This document shows, in pieces, positions 52,636-63,422 of a stretch of DNA of 64,000 nt. A program made the position numbers and the translations under genes. Origin of the DNA: Thermodesulfobacteriota bacterium. Its GTDB lineage: Bacteria > Desulfobacterota_D > UBA1144 > Nemesobacterales > UBA2774. The notes beneath the pieces are model-generated. The model worked only from the letters and a program-made list of their open reading frames with translations. It had not been told where the DNA came from and searched no databases. The stretch lies in NCBI GenBank assembly GCA_965223335.1, contig OZ244991.1:288001-352000 (forward strand). The letters run 5' to 3'. Within the stretch, counting starts at the first letter, position 1, and each line of letters opens with the position of its first letter.

Positions 52636-53838
52636 TTGAGAGATAGGATGACAGAGCTAACAGATGTGATGATTATTGGGGGCGGGCCGAGCGGATTACA
52701 CACTGCCAAGCTACTTTCCGAAAAAGGCGTCCGAGTAACCCTCTTCGACAAAGACAGTGAAATAGGTAAAGAGGTTGTGTGCTCGGGTGTTGTGAGCAAA
52801 GAGGCCTTTAGCAGGTACGACCTTCCTCAAAACGCCATACTGGGAGCACTACAGTCAGCTGAGCTCAATTCCCCTAGCAGCATTAATATCGAATATCATC
52901 ATCCCGAACAAGCCGTAGTTGTAGTGGATAGACATAAGTTCGATGCCACTCTCTCAGACTATGCCTCCGCATCAGGGGCAGAGATCAGGACAGGGAGCAG
53001 GGTATCGAGGTTAAATCTATGCAATGATTATGTCGAAGCGACTGTTACCCAGAACAGCATCCAATCAGCTATTAGAGCAAAAATAGCTGTTATAGCAACA
53101 GGTGTGAGTTTTAACCTTCAGAGCTCACTTGGTCTCGGCAGGCCCGAGAAAATCCTAAAAGGCATTCAAATTGAGGTAAAAGCCCCTCAAATAGATAAGT
53201 TACGTATTCACTGGGGCAGTAACGTATCGGACGGTTTTTTCGGCTGGGCGATCCCCATTGCCGAAGGCAGGACCCGTGTGGGTGTCATGACTGACGGCAA
53301 TCCCACAAAGGGGCTACGCAATCTACTCTCCACGATCGGCGACTATACCAATATTTGTACGGATCTGGGCAAAGTGAAGCGTCGGGGGATTGCGTTCGGA
53401 ACAATAAATAAGAGTTTCAGTGACCGTGTTGTTGTAGTGGGTGAGGCTGCAGGACTTGTAAAGACAACGACAGGGGGTGGAATATACTATGGTCTCATAA
53501 GTGGCGAGATGGCTGCGGACACAATTTATATGGCGCTACAAAACGGTGATACCAGTGCAAAAACACTATCCAACTATGAAAAAATGTGGAAAAAGAGTAT
53601 TGGCAACGAGATAAGCTTCGGTAAATACTTCCACAGGTTCTACTCAAAATTAGGTGATGATTCCGTAGATGCGCTATTTGAGGCCGCCGAAAAAGATAAA
53701 TTGCTGTCCTTCATCGCAGAGCAAGGTAGTTTCGATTGGCACAAAAACGCCGTAATAAGAATCCTGCAAAGCCCTAACATAAGAAAGGTACTGCTCTGGG
53801 ACACCCTGCTCGGTGCTCGAAAAAGAGTATCAATCTAA
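52636..53838 (+). CDS. Geranylgeranyl reductase-family flavoprotein
   Basis: IIGGGPSG, DRHKFD, W.IP and VGEAAG..K.TTGGGI motifs. The start may be ATG 52648. Confidence 0.85.
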   Translation: MRDRMTELTDVMIIGGGPSGLHTAKLLSEKGVRVTLFDKDSEIGKEVVCSGVVSKEAFSRYDLPQNAILGALQSAELNSPSSINIEYHHPEQAVVVVDRHKFDATLSDYASASGAEIRTGSRVSRLNLCNDYVEATVTQNSIQSAIRAKIAVIATGVSFNLQSSLGLGRPEKILKGIQIEVKAPQIDKLRIHWGSNVSDGFFGWAIPIAEGRTRVGVMTDGNPTKGLRNLLSTIGDYTNICTDLGKVKRRGIAFGTINKSFSDRVVVVGEAAGLVKTTTGGGIYYGLISGEMAADTIYMALQNGDTSAKTLSNYEKMWKKSIGNEISFGKYFHRFYSKLGDDSVDALFEAAEKDKLLSFIAEQGSFDWHKNAVIRILQSPNIRKVLLWDTLLGARKRVSI

Positions 53839-55040
53839 TCCGCCCGCTTTTCCCCCACCAACAGATCGACAGAGTATTTCGCAAACGACATCGATGATGT
53901 AAACGCGGGGGAAATCGCGTTTAGAATATGCACTGAGTTTGCATCCTTAATCAGCACAAAATCCATAACTAAGCTCTTTTGGGACCAGTTGACCAACTGT
54001 GGGCGGATACCTACTTTGTCAGACGGTACGAGGTCTGTGGGCCTAAGGTCTCGTATCATGGTACTCGCCTCGTCATAAAAAAAGCGGGAGAGATATTTTT
54101 TCAGTTCCCCCGCGGCTGACCTGCGAAAGGCTCCATTGCTAAGGAACAGCACGCACTGGCGGGATAATATTGAAAGCGACTCCACAGACAGGTCCTCAAG
54201 CCACCTATATTCCTCACGCCCATAGGCAGGCATCGCCGTGGGACCGGCAAAAACCCTTCCATCCACCCCGCGCGTAAAATGAACACCCAAAAACGGATTC
54301 TCCAAATCTGGTACCGGGTATATGTTGCCCTTGACCAAATAGGACCTGGCTTGATTAAGCTCCTTATATGTACCTTTAATCGGCAATACCCTATACTCCC
54401 GCCCTACTCTGAACGAGCCGGCCACCCTGTCGGCAAAAGTACCCGCAGCATTTACAAACCAATCAAACTCTATTTCACCCTCTGTGGTACGGGCTACCCT
54501 TCTGGCTTTGAGGCCCATAAACGAGCAGCCGAACATAAACCTTACACACCCCGTGCATTCCAGATCCTCAACTATAGACTGCAAAACAAGCTTTGGGTCG
54601 ATGACAGAAGTGTCGGGTGAGTAGAGAGCTTTCTCATGTGTGATAGCATGAGGTTCAATCTCCCCGAGCTCTTTTTCATCCACCACACTACACCTGGCAC
54701 CCGCTCCGAGGGCTCGGTCTCTGAGTTCGTATAAATTTGGCAGTCTACCCTCATCCGTAACCACTATTACCTTACCCCTGTTCTCAAGGGGAAGGCCTTT
54801 ATCTCTGCAATAATCCGTGAGCATTCGGTTTCCTTCAACACAAAATCTTGCTTTAAAACTGTCGGGACTATAATAGATGCCGGCGTGGAGCACACCGCTG
54901 TTTCGCCCGCTCGCATGCATACCCGTGCGAGACTCTTTATCAATTATGACTATATTCTCGAAACCTCGGAGAACTAGCTCTCGGGCCGTAGTCAAACCCG
55001 TGATCCCTGCTCCAACGATGAGCACTTCGGTGCCTATCAT
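53835..55040 (-). CDS. lhgO: L-2-hydroxyglutarate oxidase
   Basis: HASGRNSGVLHAGIYY, IYPVPD..PFLGVHFT, GIRPQ and NAISPAFT motifs. Confidence 0.88.
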   Translation of the reverse strand: MIGTEVLIVGAGITGLTTARELVLRGFENIVIIDKESRTGMHASGRNSGVLHAGIYYSPDSFKARFCVEGNRMLTDYCRDKGLPLENRGKVIVVTDEGRLPNLYELRDRALGAGARCSVVDEKELGEIEPHAITHEKALYSPDTSVIDPKLVLQSIVEDLECTGCVRFMFGCSFMGLKARRVARTTEGEIEFDWFVNAAGTFADRVAGSFRVGREYRVLPIKGTYKELNQARSYLVKGNIYPVPDLENPFLGVHFTRGVDGRVFAGPTAMPAYGREEYRWLEDLSVESLSILSRQCVLFLSNGAFRRSAAGELKKYLSRFFYDEASTMIRDLRPTDLVPSDKVGIRPQLVNWSQKSLVMDFVLIKDANSVHILNAISPAFTSSMSFAKYSVDLLVGEKRAD

Positions 55041-55080
55041 ATTTTTCTATCCACTCCGAGTACCCAAATAATTATCTGGG

Positions 55081-55971
55081 TTAAAATCTTTTGAGCCACT
55101 CGGTTATGGTGCTGATGGCTACTTGTGGATTTTCCATACAGTCGTGTTTGGCGTCGGGAATAAATATGAGCTCCGAATCGCTATTTCCCGATTCTTTTAG
55201 GATCGCCAACAGTGCCTCGGGCTCCTCCCCACTTACCAGATGATCGTTCTCACCGTGTATAAACAGCACAGGCACATCCAGATCCGGGATAATCTCGTTG
55301 GTCTTTGCTTTGTTCGCCTCGGGGCTACGCATGAACCACCACGTCCTATAGGTAAACATCTCTGCATCCGCAGGGTTAAAAGTCGGGCCCCATGCACGGT
55401 ATGTTATGAACACACGGTCGTTTCGGGGGTCGGAGGGATCGGGTTTTAACACCTTCTGCGCAATCTCGTATATATGGTCGTATGACGGTATGCTGTTCCA
55501 TTTGGCCAGACGGTTTCTGTGGGATAATGGCAGGGAGTAGGAGCAACCCTCGAGTATCATCCCTTTTACCCTCGGGTTATGTCTATCTGTTGCATAATAA
55601 ATACTCTGGTTCCCACCCAAGCTCCACCCGAGTATAAATATATTGCTAAAACCCTCCTCACATAGATAATCCACGGCGGCTTCAATATCGAATATAGATT
55701 CGTCGAATATTCCCTCGCCCAGGATCTGACCCATAAACCCCATGCGAGTATTTATGCTAAGCGAGCTAAACCCATTGTCCACAAGTGCATTAGGCACCAG
55801 CCTGGGTGTACCCCTGGCCAGGAAGTGCCCCAGCACCCCGTGCACCAAGAGCACCACAGGGGTACGGTAGAGATCGTCCTCGCTTTGGAACTCCCCAGCA
55901 ACAAACAGTCCATTAATCTGAAATCCGTCTTTGGTATTAAAAGAAACAAGCTTGCGCTGTCTGGGAACCAT
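55081..55971 (-). CDS. Alpha/beta hydrolase
   Basis: VHG, GWSLG nucleophile elbow, HGENDHLV and AKH. Confidence 0.85.
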   Translation of the reverse strand: MVPRQRKLVSFNTKDGFQINGLFVAGEFQSEDDLYRTPVVLLVHGVLGHFLARGTPRLVPNALVDNGFSSLSINTRMGFMGQILGEGIFDESIFDIEAAVDYLCEEGFSNIFILGWSLGGNQSIYYATDRHNPRVKGMILEGCSYSLPLSHRNRLAKWNSIPSYDHIYEIAQKVLKPDPSDPRNDRVFITYRAWGPTFNPADAEMFTYRTWWFMRSPEANKAKTNEIIPDLDVPVLFIHGENDHLVSGEEPEALLAILKESGNSDSELIFIPDAKHDCMENPQVAISTITEWLKRF

Positions 55972-55986
55972 AGATTCTACCTGTGA

Positions 55987-56880
55987 TTAGTCTTTGAACC
56001 TTCTGTCCAGCCATCGAACGATAATATCTCCAAGCTCATCTTCCTTGCCGTCAAACTTGTGCCCCGCATTCACATAGAATGCCGATACGTCGTCGTTGCC
56101 CGTGGCCAGAGCCAGCTGAGCAAGATCATGTGTCTCCTGCGGGTCGACAACCTCGTCGTACCAACCCTGTATAAGCAAAATCGGCACACTTATTTTATCA
56201 ATGCGTTTATAGGCCATTGCGGCCTCGGCCTCAGGTCCTGCGAGGAACCACCATGTTTTGTAGGTATAGATCTCGGTGTGCTCGGGCTCATATGTGTCGC
56301 CGCGTGCCTTGTAAACCAGGATTGTGCGGTCTTCCTTAGAGCTGTAAGGGTCGGGTTTAAGTATCTCCTTGGCTTCCTCTAGGACCTCGTCGTAGCTGGG
56401 CTCACTGCCCCAGCGGTTCCAACGCCGTCGGATAGAGTCGGGCATGGAATAGGGCGTGGCAAGCGATATAATGCCGCTTAGCTTAGAGCCCTCTTCCCTT
56501 GCAAGCTCAGAGGAAGCGTATCTAAGCACAATGCTTGTGCCCAGGCTATAGCCCGATAGGATAATTTTTTCGTAACCCAGTTCCCCCAGGTACTCGACAA
56601 CCCGGTGTATTTGGGGAATGGTATCGTCGAGCAGCCCATACCCAAAGAACAAGCCAAAGTTAGCCATCCGTGTATTTATTGCCAGCGACGAGTAGCCCGA
56701 CTCTGCCAGTATGGGGGGCAGAAAACGTTGGCTGCCGTCAAGAAAGTTGCCCAAAAACCCGTGCACATGGATTACTATCGGGCCGGTGTAATCAACCCCC
56801 TTCTCCCCAGGGTCCTGGTGGTAAAACAATCCGTCAATCTTACTTTGTTTGAAGGGTATCGATACTAGTTCCTGCTCCAT
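55987..56880 (-). CDS. Alpha/beta hydrolase (paralog of 55081-55971)
   Basis: VHG, GYSLG, QGWYDEVV and AGH. Confidence 0.85.
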   Translation of the reverse strand: MEQELVSIPFKQSKIDGLFYHQDPGEKGVDYTGPIVIHVHGFLGNFLDGSQRFLPPILAESGYSSLAINTRMANFGLFFGYGLLDDTIPQIHRVVEYLGELGYEKIILSGYSLGTSIVLRYASSELAREEGSKLSGIISLATPYSMPDSIRRRWNRWGSEPSYDEVLEEAKEILKPDPYSSKEDRTILVYKARGDTYEPEHTEIYTYKTWWFLAGPEAEAAMAYKRIDKISVPILLIQGWYDEVVDPQETHDLAQLALATGNDDVSAFYVNAGHKFDGKEDELGDIIVRWLDRRFKD

Positions 56881-57103
56881 ATATACGTTAACTCCATCTA
56901 AATGGACAATTTAGCTACCTGTTCTGACGAGGTTTTTGTAAAAGCCGGTTATCTCCCTCCCCCGCCAATATCATATCTGAGAAATCAGTGTTGAAACAGG
57001 CTAATACAGTATGATAGGGTTTGCAATATTACGCTAATCTATCCAAGTGAAACCAACACTTATGAACGCTCTGTTAGATTAACGGTTTCAGATTGACTCC
57101 ATT

Positions 57104-57325
57104 TTAACAAAGCAAATCCAATAACTTTTCTTTATCCTCTGTTACAAGTTGGTCAGCAAAAGCCTTTGCATCCTGCCACGATGCGCATTGACCCAGCAAT
57201 ACCGACCTGCCCGACTTAGCCCCGAGAGCTTTTATCTCTTTTGAGACCGAGCTCCATATAATTTGCCAATTCTCATCCGATACCCCTCTTATCCAACCGA
57301 ATGGAAAGGTACCTACCTTATCCAA
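57104..57325 (-). CDS. Small hypothetical protein
   Basis: AAGGAG RBS upstream; protein-like composition. Confidence 0.55.
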   Translation of the reverse strand: MDKVGTFPFGWIRGVSDENWQIIWSSVSKEIKALGAKSGRSVLLGQCASWQDAKAFADQLVTEDKEKLLDLLC

Positions 57326-57379
57326 TTATCACTAACTCCTTTTATTGCTTTGAATAGGTATAAAACGGTTTCTAAAAAC

Positions 57380-58099
57380 TCAATAGACCTCTTTTACAAT
57401 CTCCTTTGATCCCGAGGTGTTTACAAACACAGCCTCAACAAACCCACAGTCCTTAATCCGCCTCATTCCTGTGAGGCCCTCGGCATCGTTTTCCAAAAGC
57501 GGTTTGATAAACGTACTCTCCGATGCGCAAAACTCACATGTGAACACCACAATCTCGTCCAACTCCCCCCTGGTGCTTACCGTAATATTCCTCTGCTCCT
57601 CTTCGTACTGTGCATTCCAGTCACTCACACACTCGAGCCTGTTTGGGTCAGGGAATACACTCGGCACGGGGACAACTATCGTTTGTATCCCCCTGGCCCC
57701 CTTGAACTCCGCTTGCACAAACCCACATTTATGTAGACGCTCAAGCCCCGTTAGCCCCCTGTACTCAGTGTGTAAAAATGGTTTAACATAATGATCCTCA
57801 AGGCTGCAGTCCGGGCAAGTAAACACCACTATTTCATCGAATTGACCTTTTGTCGTTACATTAATCTGTGCGTTTTCGCTTTTATAGATACTGTTCCATA
57901 GATCTGCACAGTAAATGCGTTGGGGGTTGGGTCCAATCTGGGGGCCGAGGTCCTCAACCTCCACTGCCACCTCTTCGGTTACAGTCTCTTCCGGGTCTTC
58001 CCCGTTTGCAAAGCTATAGGTGCTAAGCACTGCAAATTGAATAGGAAGAAACAGCGAGAGTAAAAAAATATAATATCTCATTATGGTTACCATCCTCAT
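57380..58099 (-). CDS. Secreted protein with two homologous CxxC-containing domains
   Basis: Signal peptide; C..WN...EIVVFTCxxC...CGFV.A.F occurs twice. Confidence 0.75.
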   Translation of the reverse strand: MRMVTIMRYYIFLLSLFLPIQFAVLSTYSFANGEDPEETVTEEVAVEVEDLGPQIGPNPQRIYCADLWNSIYKSENAQINVTTKGQFDEIVVFTCPDCSLEDHYVKPFLHTEYRGLTGLERLHKCGFVQAEFKGARGIQTIVVPVPSVFPDPNRLECVSDWNAQYEEEQRNITVSTRGELDEIVVFTCEFCASESTFIKPLLENDAEGLTGMRRIKDCGFVEAVFVNTSGSKEIVKEVY

Positions 58100-58183
58100 T
58101 TTTTTTATAATTCTACTACATTTTGTGATTATGGAAAAGTAGATTAAGTGCTGAGATCGAAAAATTTAGTAACAGGTGCCTTA

Positions 58184-59401
58184 TTATTTAGTAAAACTTG
58201 TGGATATGGTCTTTACACCTGGATTGGCTTTGGTGGATTTTTGCTGTATGCGCTCTATTCGTCTATTCACCATTTCTCTTCTTTCAGGTGCCATCTGGCG
58301 TAGGTTAACGTAATTGATCACAGCCTCATACCACTGGCCCAACCTCTCATAGCACTCGCCGAGCGATTGATAAGCCTGCTTCATAACCTTGTTGGGAGGT
58401 GGGGGGGAATGGGATATTAACGCTTCGTTTGTTTTAATAGAAGCATTGCAATCGCCCAATCTCTGATATCTAAGCGCTGTCTGAAGTCGTTCGTTATATT
58501 TGTCCATCCTGTATGACGACCTGTTAGCAGAGATTGAGCTTGGGGTATTAGAAGTAGCAGATATCGGCTCTACCAGAGATGTACCAGCCCCGGCTGCAAA
58601 CCCAGAGGATTTCATAAAACGTCGGGGGCTTTGTCTCGCCAGCGATACTTTGGAGAGCCTGGGTTCTTGGGCCCCGACCGAGGGTTCATGTGCACTGTTT
58701 AACAGATCCGAGGAAGCAACCTCTTTAGGACTATCCGCAAGATTATCAGCCGTGACCTGTTCTTTTTTTGAGCTCTTTGCAGCCATCATGGCAGGGGCCG
58801 CTTTCCTGCTTTTAATCTCAGCTACCGGTAGGCTCTCGGGCAAGGGTTCCTCTTGATCTGTAAATAGTTCGTTATTGTCTTTTGTCCGAGCAGTCATCGC
58901 ACTAACATCATCGACAGCAGCGGGTTTAGCGGGCGCTTTCTCGACTGTTACCTTGTTTTCTTCCACTAGTTCAGCTTGCAAAGCCCCTTCCGGCATGTCA
59001 TCTGATTTGCTGTTAATACCAGCTGTTACTCTTCCAGAGAACTCATTGCTGTTTATAGAAATATCATCTCCATAATGAACCCAGACAGAGAGTGCGATGA
59101 TCGAGCCCATAGCCGGGACTAGAATCGGGGAGTAAAACCATTTTTTCCAAAACGATGGGTCTTTTTCGCTATTTAACTCTTGTTTTGCGGTTTTTAGCAG
59201 TCCTGAGACTAAGTGGTTTGATGGGGTTGTGTGGGGCTCGTCATTTACAACATTTTTAATCTGTATATATTGCGAATACTGCACTGAACACTCGGGACAG
59301 GTATCCAGGTGGCGAGTGATCAAGTCGGTATCGTTTTTATCCAACTCACCGTATATGTAGTCCATTAACAGATCGTTACATGTCTCGCAATTCATATTCA
59401 C
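58184..59401 (-). CDS. Zinc-finger (zf-HC2) anti-sigma factor with TM and C-terminal TPR
   Basis: C...HLDTCPEC, one TM helix, and AYQSLGECYERLGQW TPR. Confidence 0.88.
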   Translation of the reverse strand: MNMNCETCNDLLMDYIYGELDKNDTDLITRHLDTCPECSVQYSQYIQIKNVVNDEPHTTPSNHLVSGLLKTAKQELNSEKDPSFWKKWFYSPILVPAMGSIIALSVWVHYGDDISINSNEFSGRVTAGINSKSDDMPEGALQAELVEENKVTVEKAPAKPAAVDDVSAMTARTKDNNELFTDQEEPLPESLPVAEIKSRKAAPAMMAAKSSKKEQVTADNLADSPKEVASSDLLNSAHEPSVGAQEPRLSKVSLARQSPRRFMKSSGFAAGAGTSLVEPISATSNTPSSISANRSSYRMDKYNERLQTALRYQRLGDCNASIKTNEALISHSPPPPNKVMKQAYQSLGECYERLGQWYEAVINYVNLRQMAPERREMVNRRIERIQQKSTKANPGVKTISTSFTK

Positions 59402-59403
59402 AT

Positions 59404-60039
59404 TTACACCCCTTTTGCTCCCTCTTGTTGCTCGAAGTAACCCGATTCCTCAAACGACTGCCTTAGCTGCTGAAACGCATACCTAAGGCGGCTCTTAACT
59501 GTACCGAGCGGAGCTTCCGTAATTTCTGCAATCTCGTGAAACGACAGCCCTTGTACTTCTCTTAATAAAAACACTTCTCTAAACTCCTCACGCAGTGCCT
59601 GTATCCCGTTGTCTATTAGCACCCGAAGCTCTATATCATAAGCCTTGTCCTCGGGGGTTTTCTCTTGGCTGCGGACTATCTCAAGCACCACAGCCCCTTC
59701 GCTGTCCTGCCCCTTAAAGGGTGCGTCCAGTGAGTCATGCCTTCTATAACTCTCGGATCTAAGGAAATCTATACAGTGGTTTCTAGCAATACTGTATAGC
59801 CATGTAGAAAACTGATGGTTAGGATTGTATTTATTGCGGCGTTCAATAATTTTAAGAAAGATCTCTTGCAATAGGTCCTCGGCCTGCGGTTTATTTGTGC
59901 CGACCATCTTCATGATAAATCTGAGCACTCCACCTTTGTAACGGTCCAAAAGCAGATCAAAACCCCGCGCATCGCCGTTTTGAAACCTTTCCATTGCTTC
60001 TTCGTCTGTAAGTACTTTATTCTGTCTTAAGCGAAACAC
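59404..60039 (-). CDS. ECF RNA polymerase sigma factor
   Basis: AEDLLQEIFLK, FSTWLYSIARNHCID and EIAEI...GTVKSRL motifs. Confidence 0.95.
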   Translation of the reverse strand: MFRLRQNKVLTDEEAMERFQNGDARGFDLLLDRYKGGVLRFIMKMVGTNKPQAEDLLQEIFLKIIERRNKYNPNHQFSTWLYSIARNHCIDFLRSESYRRHDSLDAPFKGQDSEGAVVLEIVRSQEKTPEDKAYDIELRVLIDNGIQALREEFREVFLLREVQGLSFHEIAEITEAPLGTVKSRLRYAFQQLRQSFEESGYFEQQEGAKGV

Positions 60040-60294
60040 AGGGCTCCTCTATCTACACCTTCATATATATTGATACGAACGAACTCAAAAAAAGCTCTAA
60101 ATCCTACTAAGCACTAGTTAAATAATATAACCCAATATATCAAAATTCATAAAGCAAATCCAATCACAGATGTCACCGGATCACCGCGTAAATCACAGCT
60201 TGTGCTTTAAAACCCTCAATTGAGAGTTTATCAAAAAAGAATGTAGCAATCGCATACTGAGTCCGCGTATACTACATTAGTACCGGGGATAACT

Positions 60295-60975
60295 ATGTGC
60301 GGCAGATACACACAGACCATAGACATCGAGAAACTACAGCTCCGTTTCGGATTCGAGTTCTTTATGGAAGAGATTGATTCCATACCTAGGTACAACATTG
60401 CCCCCACACAACTTGCACCCGTTGTTGTCCACAACGAAATACGGCTGCTCAAGATGTTTAGATGGGGTCTCGTTCCCTACTGGGCCAAGGACATGAAAAT
60501 CGGAAGCAAGCTTATAAATGCCAGGGCCGAGACTATCACAGAAAAGCCCAGTTTTAAAAAGCCGTTTAAAAACAAACGCTGCCTTGTTGTAACAGACGGA
60601 TTTTATGAATGGAAAAAATCCGCCGACAAAAAAACCAAGTCACCTTACAGGTTCACACTAATAAGCCAAGAACCATTCGCATTCGCCGGGCTTTGGGACA
60701 GCTGGAAATCACCAGAAGGTGATGAGATAGAGTCGTTTACAATTATCACCACATCCGCTAACGAGCTCATGCTTCCGATACATCACCGCATGCCTGTAAT
60801 CTTAAATCAGAAAGACGAAGAGAAATGGATAGACCCCAATTACAAAGATACCGACAAACTGATTGCTCTACTAAAACCATATGATTCAGATCTAATGAGT
60901 GCGTACCCGGTCTCGACAATAGTAAACTCCCCTAACAACGACAGTGCCGAATGCATCGAACCCGCTGGTGAATGA
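60295..60975 (+). CDS. yedK: SOS response-associated peptidase (SRAP/YedK/HMCES)
   Basis: MCGRY start, YNIAP, NARAE, FYEW and HHRMP. Confidence 0.95.
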   Translation: MCGRYTQTIDIEKLQLRFGFEFFMEEIDSIPRYNIAPTQLAPVVVHNEIRLLKMFRWGLVPYWAKDMKIGSKLINARAETITEKPSFKKPFKNKRCLVVTDGFYEWKKSADKKTKSPYRFTLISQEPFAFAGLWDSWKSPEGDEIESFTIITTSANELMLPIHHRMPVILNQKDEEKWIDPNYKDTDKLIALLKPYDSDLMSAYPVSTIVNSPNNDSAECIEPAGE

Positions 60976-61047
60976 AAATAGAAAAAATTCATACCTATGG
61001 CATAATTAAGACTCCGAAATTTTGGACTTAAAGGAGGACCACTAATT

Positions 61048-62454
61048 ATGGCCAAAAAAGGTTTTAGGACCGAATCCGATTCCATGGGCGAGATGCAAGT
61101 CCCCACGCACGCATATTACGGCGCACAGACAGCACGTGCAATCGAGAATTTCCCAATAAGCGGCATTCGCAAACACAGTCTGTTAGTACAGGCACTCGGC
61201 ATGATCAAACTCTCTGCGGCCGAGTCCAATATGGAACTGGGCTTGCTTAGCAAAAAACTAGGTAGAGCTATAGTAAAAGCAGCCCAAGAGGTCATAGACG
61301 GCAAGCTTGACGACCACTTTGTACTCGATGTGTTCCAGACAGGGTCGGGCACATCTACCAACATGAATACCAATGAGGTAATAGCGAACAGAGCAAATGA
61401 GATACTGGGTGCTAAAAAGGGCGATAAGTCGAGTGTACACCCCAATGACCACGTCAATATGGGACAATCGAGTAACGACGTATATCCCACAGCACTCCAT
61501 GTCTCTGCGGTATTGGCAATAAACTCCAACCTGCTCCCCGCTCTTAAGAAACTGGAACGTACACTCAGATCCAAGGCTAAACAGTTCGATAAGATTGTAA
61601 AAATAGGACGCACACACCTACAAGACGCTACGCCTATCAGATTAGGCCAGGAATTTAGCGGCTACGAAAGCATGATTAGCCATGGTATTAGGCGCGTAAA
61701 CAACGCCAAGGTAGAGCTGGCGGAACTGGCGATAGGCGGCACAGCAGTAGGCACGGGGATTAATACACACCCCAGGTTCTCAAGGCTCGTATGCTCTAAA
61801 CTGAGTAAACTGGCTGGTGCAAAATTTAGGGAGGCTGAAAACCACTTTGAGGCCCAGGGCTCTAAAGACGCAGTTGTCGAAACCAGCGGGTCACTTAAAA
61901 CACTCGCGGTAAGCCTCATGAAGATCGCAAACGATCTTCGTTGGCTCGGTAGTGGTCCTCGCTGCGGGATAGGGGAGATTCATATCCCCCCTGTACAGCC
62001 AGGCTCATCAATTATGCCGGGTAAGGTAAACCCGGTTATACCCGAGGCCGTTTGCCAGGTTGCCGCACAGGTAATGGGCAATGACCTCACTATCACGATC
62101 GGGGGCCAGATGGGCAACTTTGAGCTAAACGTCATGATGCCAGTAAAGGGCCACAACCTGCTGCAGTCCATAGACCTCTTGGCCCGTGCTTCAGATGTAT
62201 TCGCCGATAAATGCATAAAGGGCATTAAAGCCGATAAAAAGCGCTGCAATGAACTGATCGAACAGAGCCTTGCCATGTGCACAAGCCTTGCACCCGTTAT
62301 CGGCTACGATAACGCTGCCAGCATAGCAAAAGAGGCCTATGCCACCGGAAAAACCGTAAGGGAAGTAGCCCTAGAAAACAAAGTGCTGTCTGCGGACAAG
62401 CTAAATGAGCTGCTAGACCCATGGTCAATGACAGAACCCGGGACAAAAAGCTAA
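61048..62454 (+). CDS. fumC: Class II fumarate hydratase
   Basis: QTGSGTSTNMN, GRTHLQDATP and GSSIMPGKVNP motifs. Confidence 0.97.
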   Translation: MAKKGFRTESDSMGEMQVPTHAYYGAQTARAIENFPISGIRKHSLLVQALGMIKLSAAESNMELGLLSKKLGRAIVKAAQEVIDGKLDDHFVLDVFQTGSGTSTNMNTNEVIANRANEILGAKKGDKSSVHPNDHVNMGQSSNDVYPTALHVSAVLAINSNLLPALKKLERTLRSKAKQFDKIVKIGRTHLQDATPIRLGQEFSGYESMISHGIRRVNNAKVELAELAIGGTAVGTGINTHPRFSRLVCSKLSKLAGAKFREAENHFEAQGSKDAVVETSGSLKTLAVSLMKIANDLRWLGSGPRCGIGEIHIPPVQPGSSIMPGKVNPVIPEAVCQVAAQVMGNDLTITIGGQMGNFELNVMMPVKGHNLLQSIDLLARASDVFADKCIKGIKADKKRCNELIEQSLAMCTSLAPVIGYDNAASIAKEAYATGKTVREVALENKVLSADKLNELLDPWSMTEPGTKS

Positions 62455-62484
62455 GGAGCTATGTTGGGTACAAGGCACCACGAG

Positions 62485-63195
62485 CTAAGATAAAAAACAC
62501 TCAAAGGCTTTTGAGACTAAGTCCTTCCCCCCAGTGGGGATAATGTCCCTGTGCGCCAAGAGCACGCGGTCGAAGTCGAGTGATAAGACCTTTTTTGCAG
62601 ACTCACGCGCTTTTGCTTTGTCCCTTAGAAAAACGTATCGGTCGATCCACGGTACTCTGGGCGGGCCGTATAACCCGAAGATTCGGGTAAATAATTTTAG
62701 TCCTCGTGGTAGCTCTTTTGGAAAATTAAATAACAGGTCTGTAAGCATGAGAGTCCTGCTCTCGGGGTGAAAAAACACCGTCTCGTTTAACTTGGGCATA
62801 CCCCCGAATACAAAATTTTCCAACTCTCCCTGAGTTCCGAATTGTGTGTCGTCCCCAAGCTCGCCGTCAAAGGTCAAATCCATTCTTTTCTTTGAGAGCC
62901 CCGGAGCACCCCATAGCTCGGCCTTGGGGTAAACATCGCACAATTGCGCTAAATAGAGATGATGAAATGTATTGGGTCCAACTATAAATTTTACTTCTCC
63001 TAAAGAATCCACCTCAGCTCTGAGCTTATCATTTAGACTAATGGGAGAGATCAAAACAAGCTCTTTCCCTCCAATCCTAATAACATTCATACGCGTCCCT
63101 AAATCGAATCCCATAAACTTGTGTGAGACACTCACAGTCCAGATGTTATCGGCAAGTTGAATTAAAGATAGCAGTTTTGAGCTCTGATTGTTCAT
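62485..63195 (-). CDS. DUF4336 / metallo-beta-lactamase-like protein
   Basis: TRMNVIR, PNTFHHLY, ETVFFH.ESRTL..TD and LAH. Confidence 0.8.
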   Translation of the reverse strand: MNNQSSKLLSLIQLADNIWTVSVSHKFMGFDLGTRMNVIRIGGKELVLISPISLNDKLRAEVDSLGEVKFIVGPNTFHHLYLAQLCDVYPKAELWGAPGLSKKRMDLTFDGELGDDTQFGTQGELENFVFGGMPKLNETVFFHPESRTLMLTDLLFNFPKELPRGLKLFTRIFGLYGPPRVPWIDRYVFLRDKAKARESAKKVLSLDFDRVLLAHRDIIPTGGKDLVSKAFECFLS

Positions 63196-63363
63196 ACACG
63201 AATAGTATAAATGTTCTTTTCTTAATCACTAACTTGAGCTTATATTAACCAATAACAAGCTTACACCCACTTTATTGTGCATCTGCCTGCATTATTTTTA
63301 TCGCACAATCTTAACTTCCCGCAAACGCATGATAATTTTTTGTGCAATTGCGAAGAAAAACCC

Positions 63364-63392
63364 TTGACAACCCCATATGCAACCATTATATT
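63364..63392 (+). promoter_or_regulatory. Sigma70 promoter of the phasin-like gene
   Basis: TTGACA-17-TATATT; AGGAGG RBS downstream. Confidence 0.65.
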
Positions 63393-63422
63393 ATAGATAA
63401 ATCAGAAACTTGCTAGGAGGTC

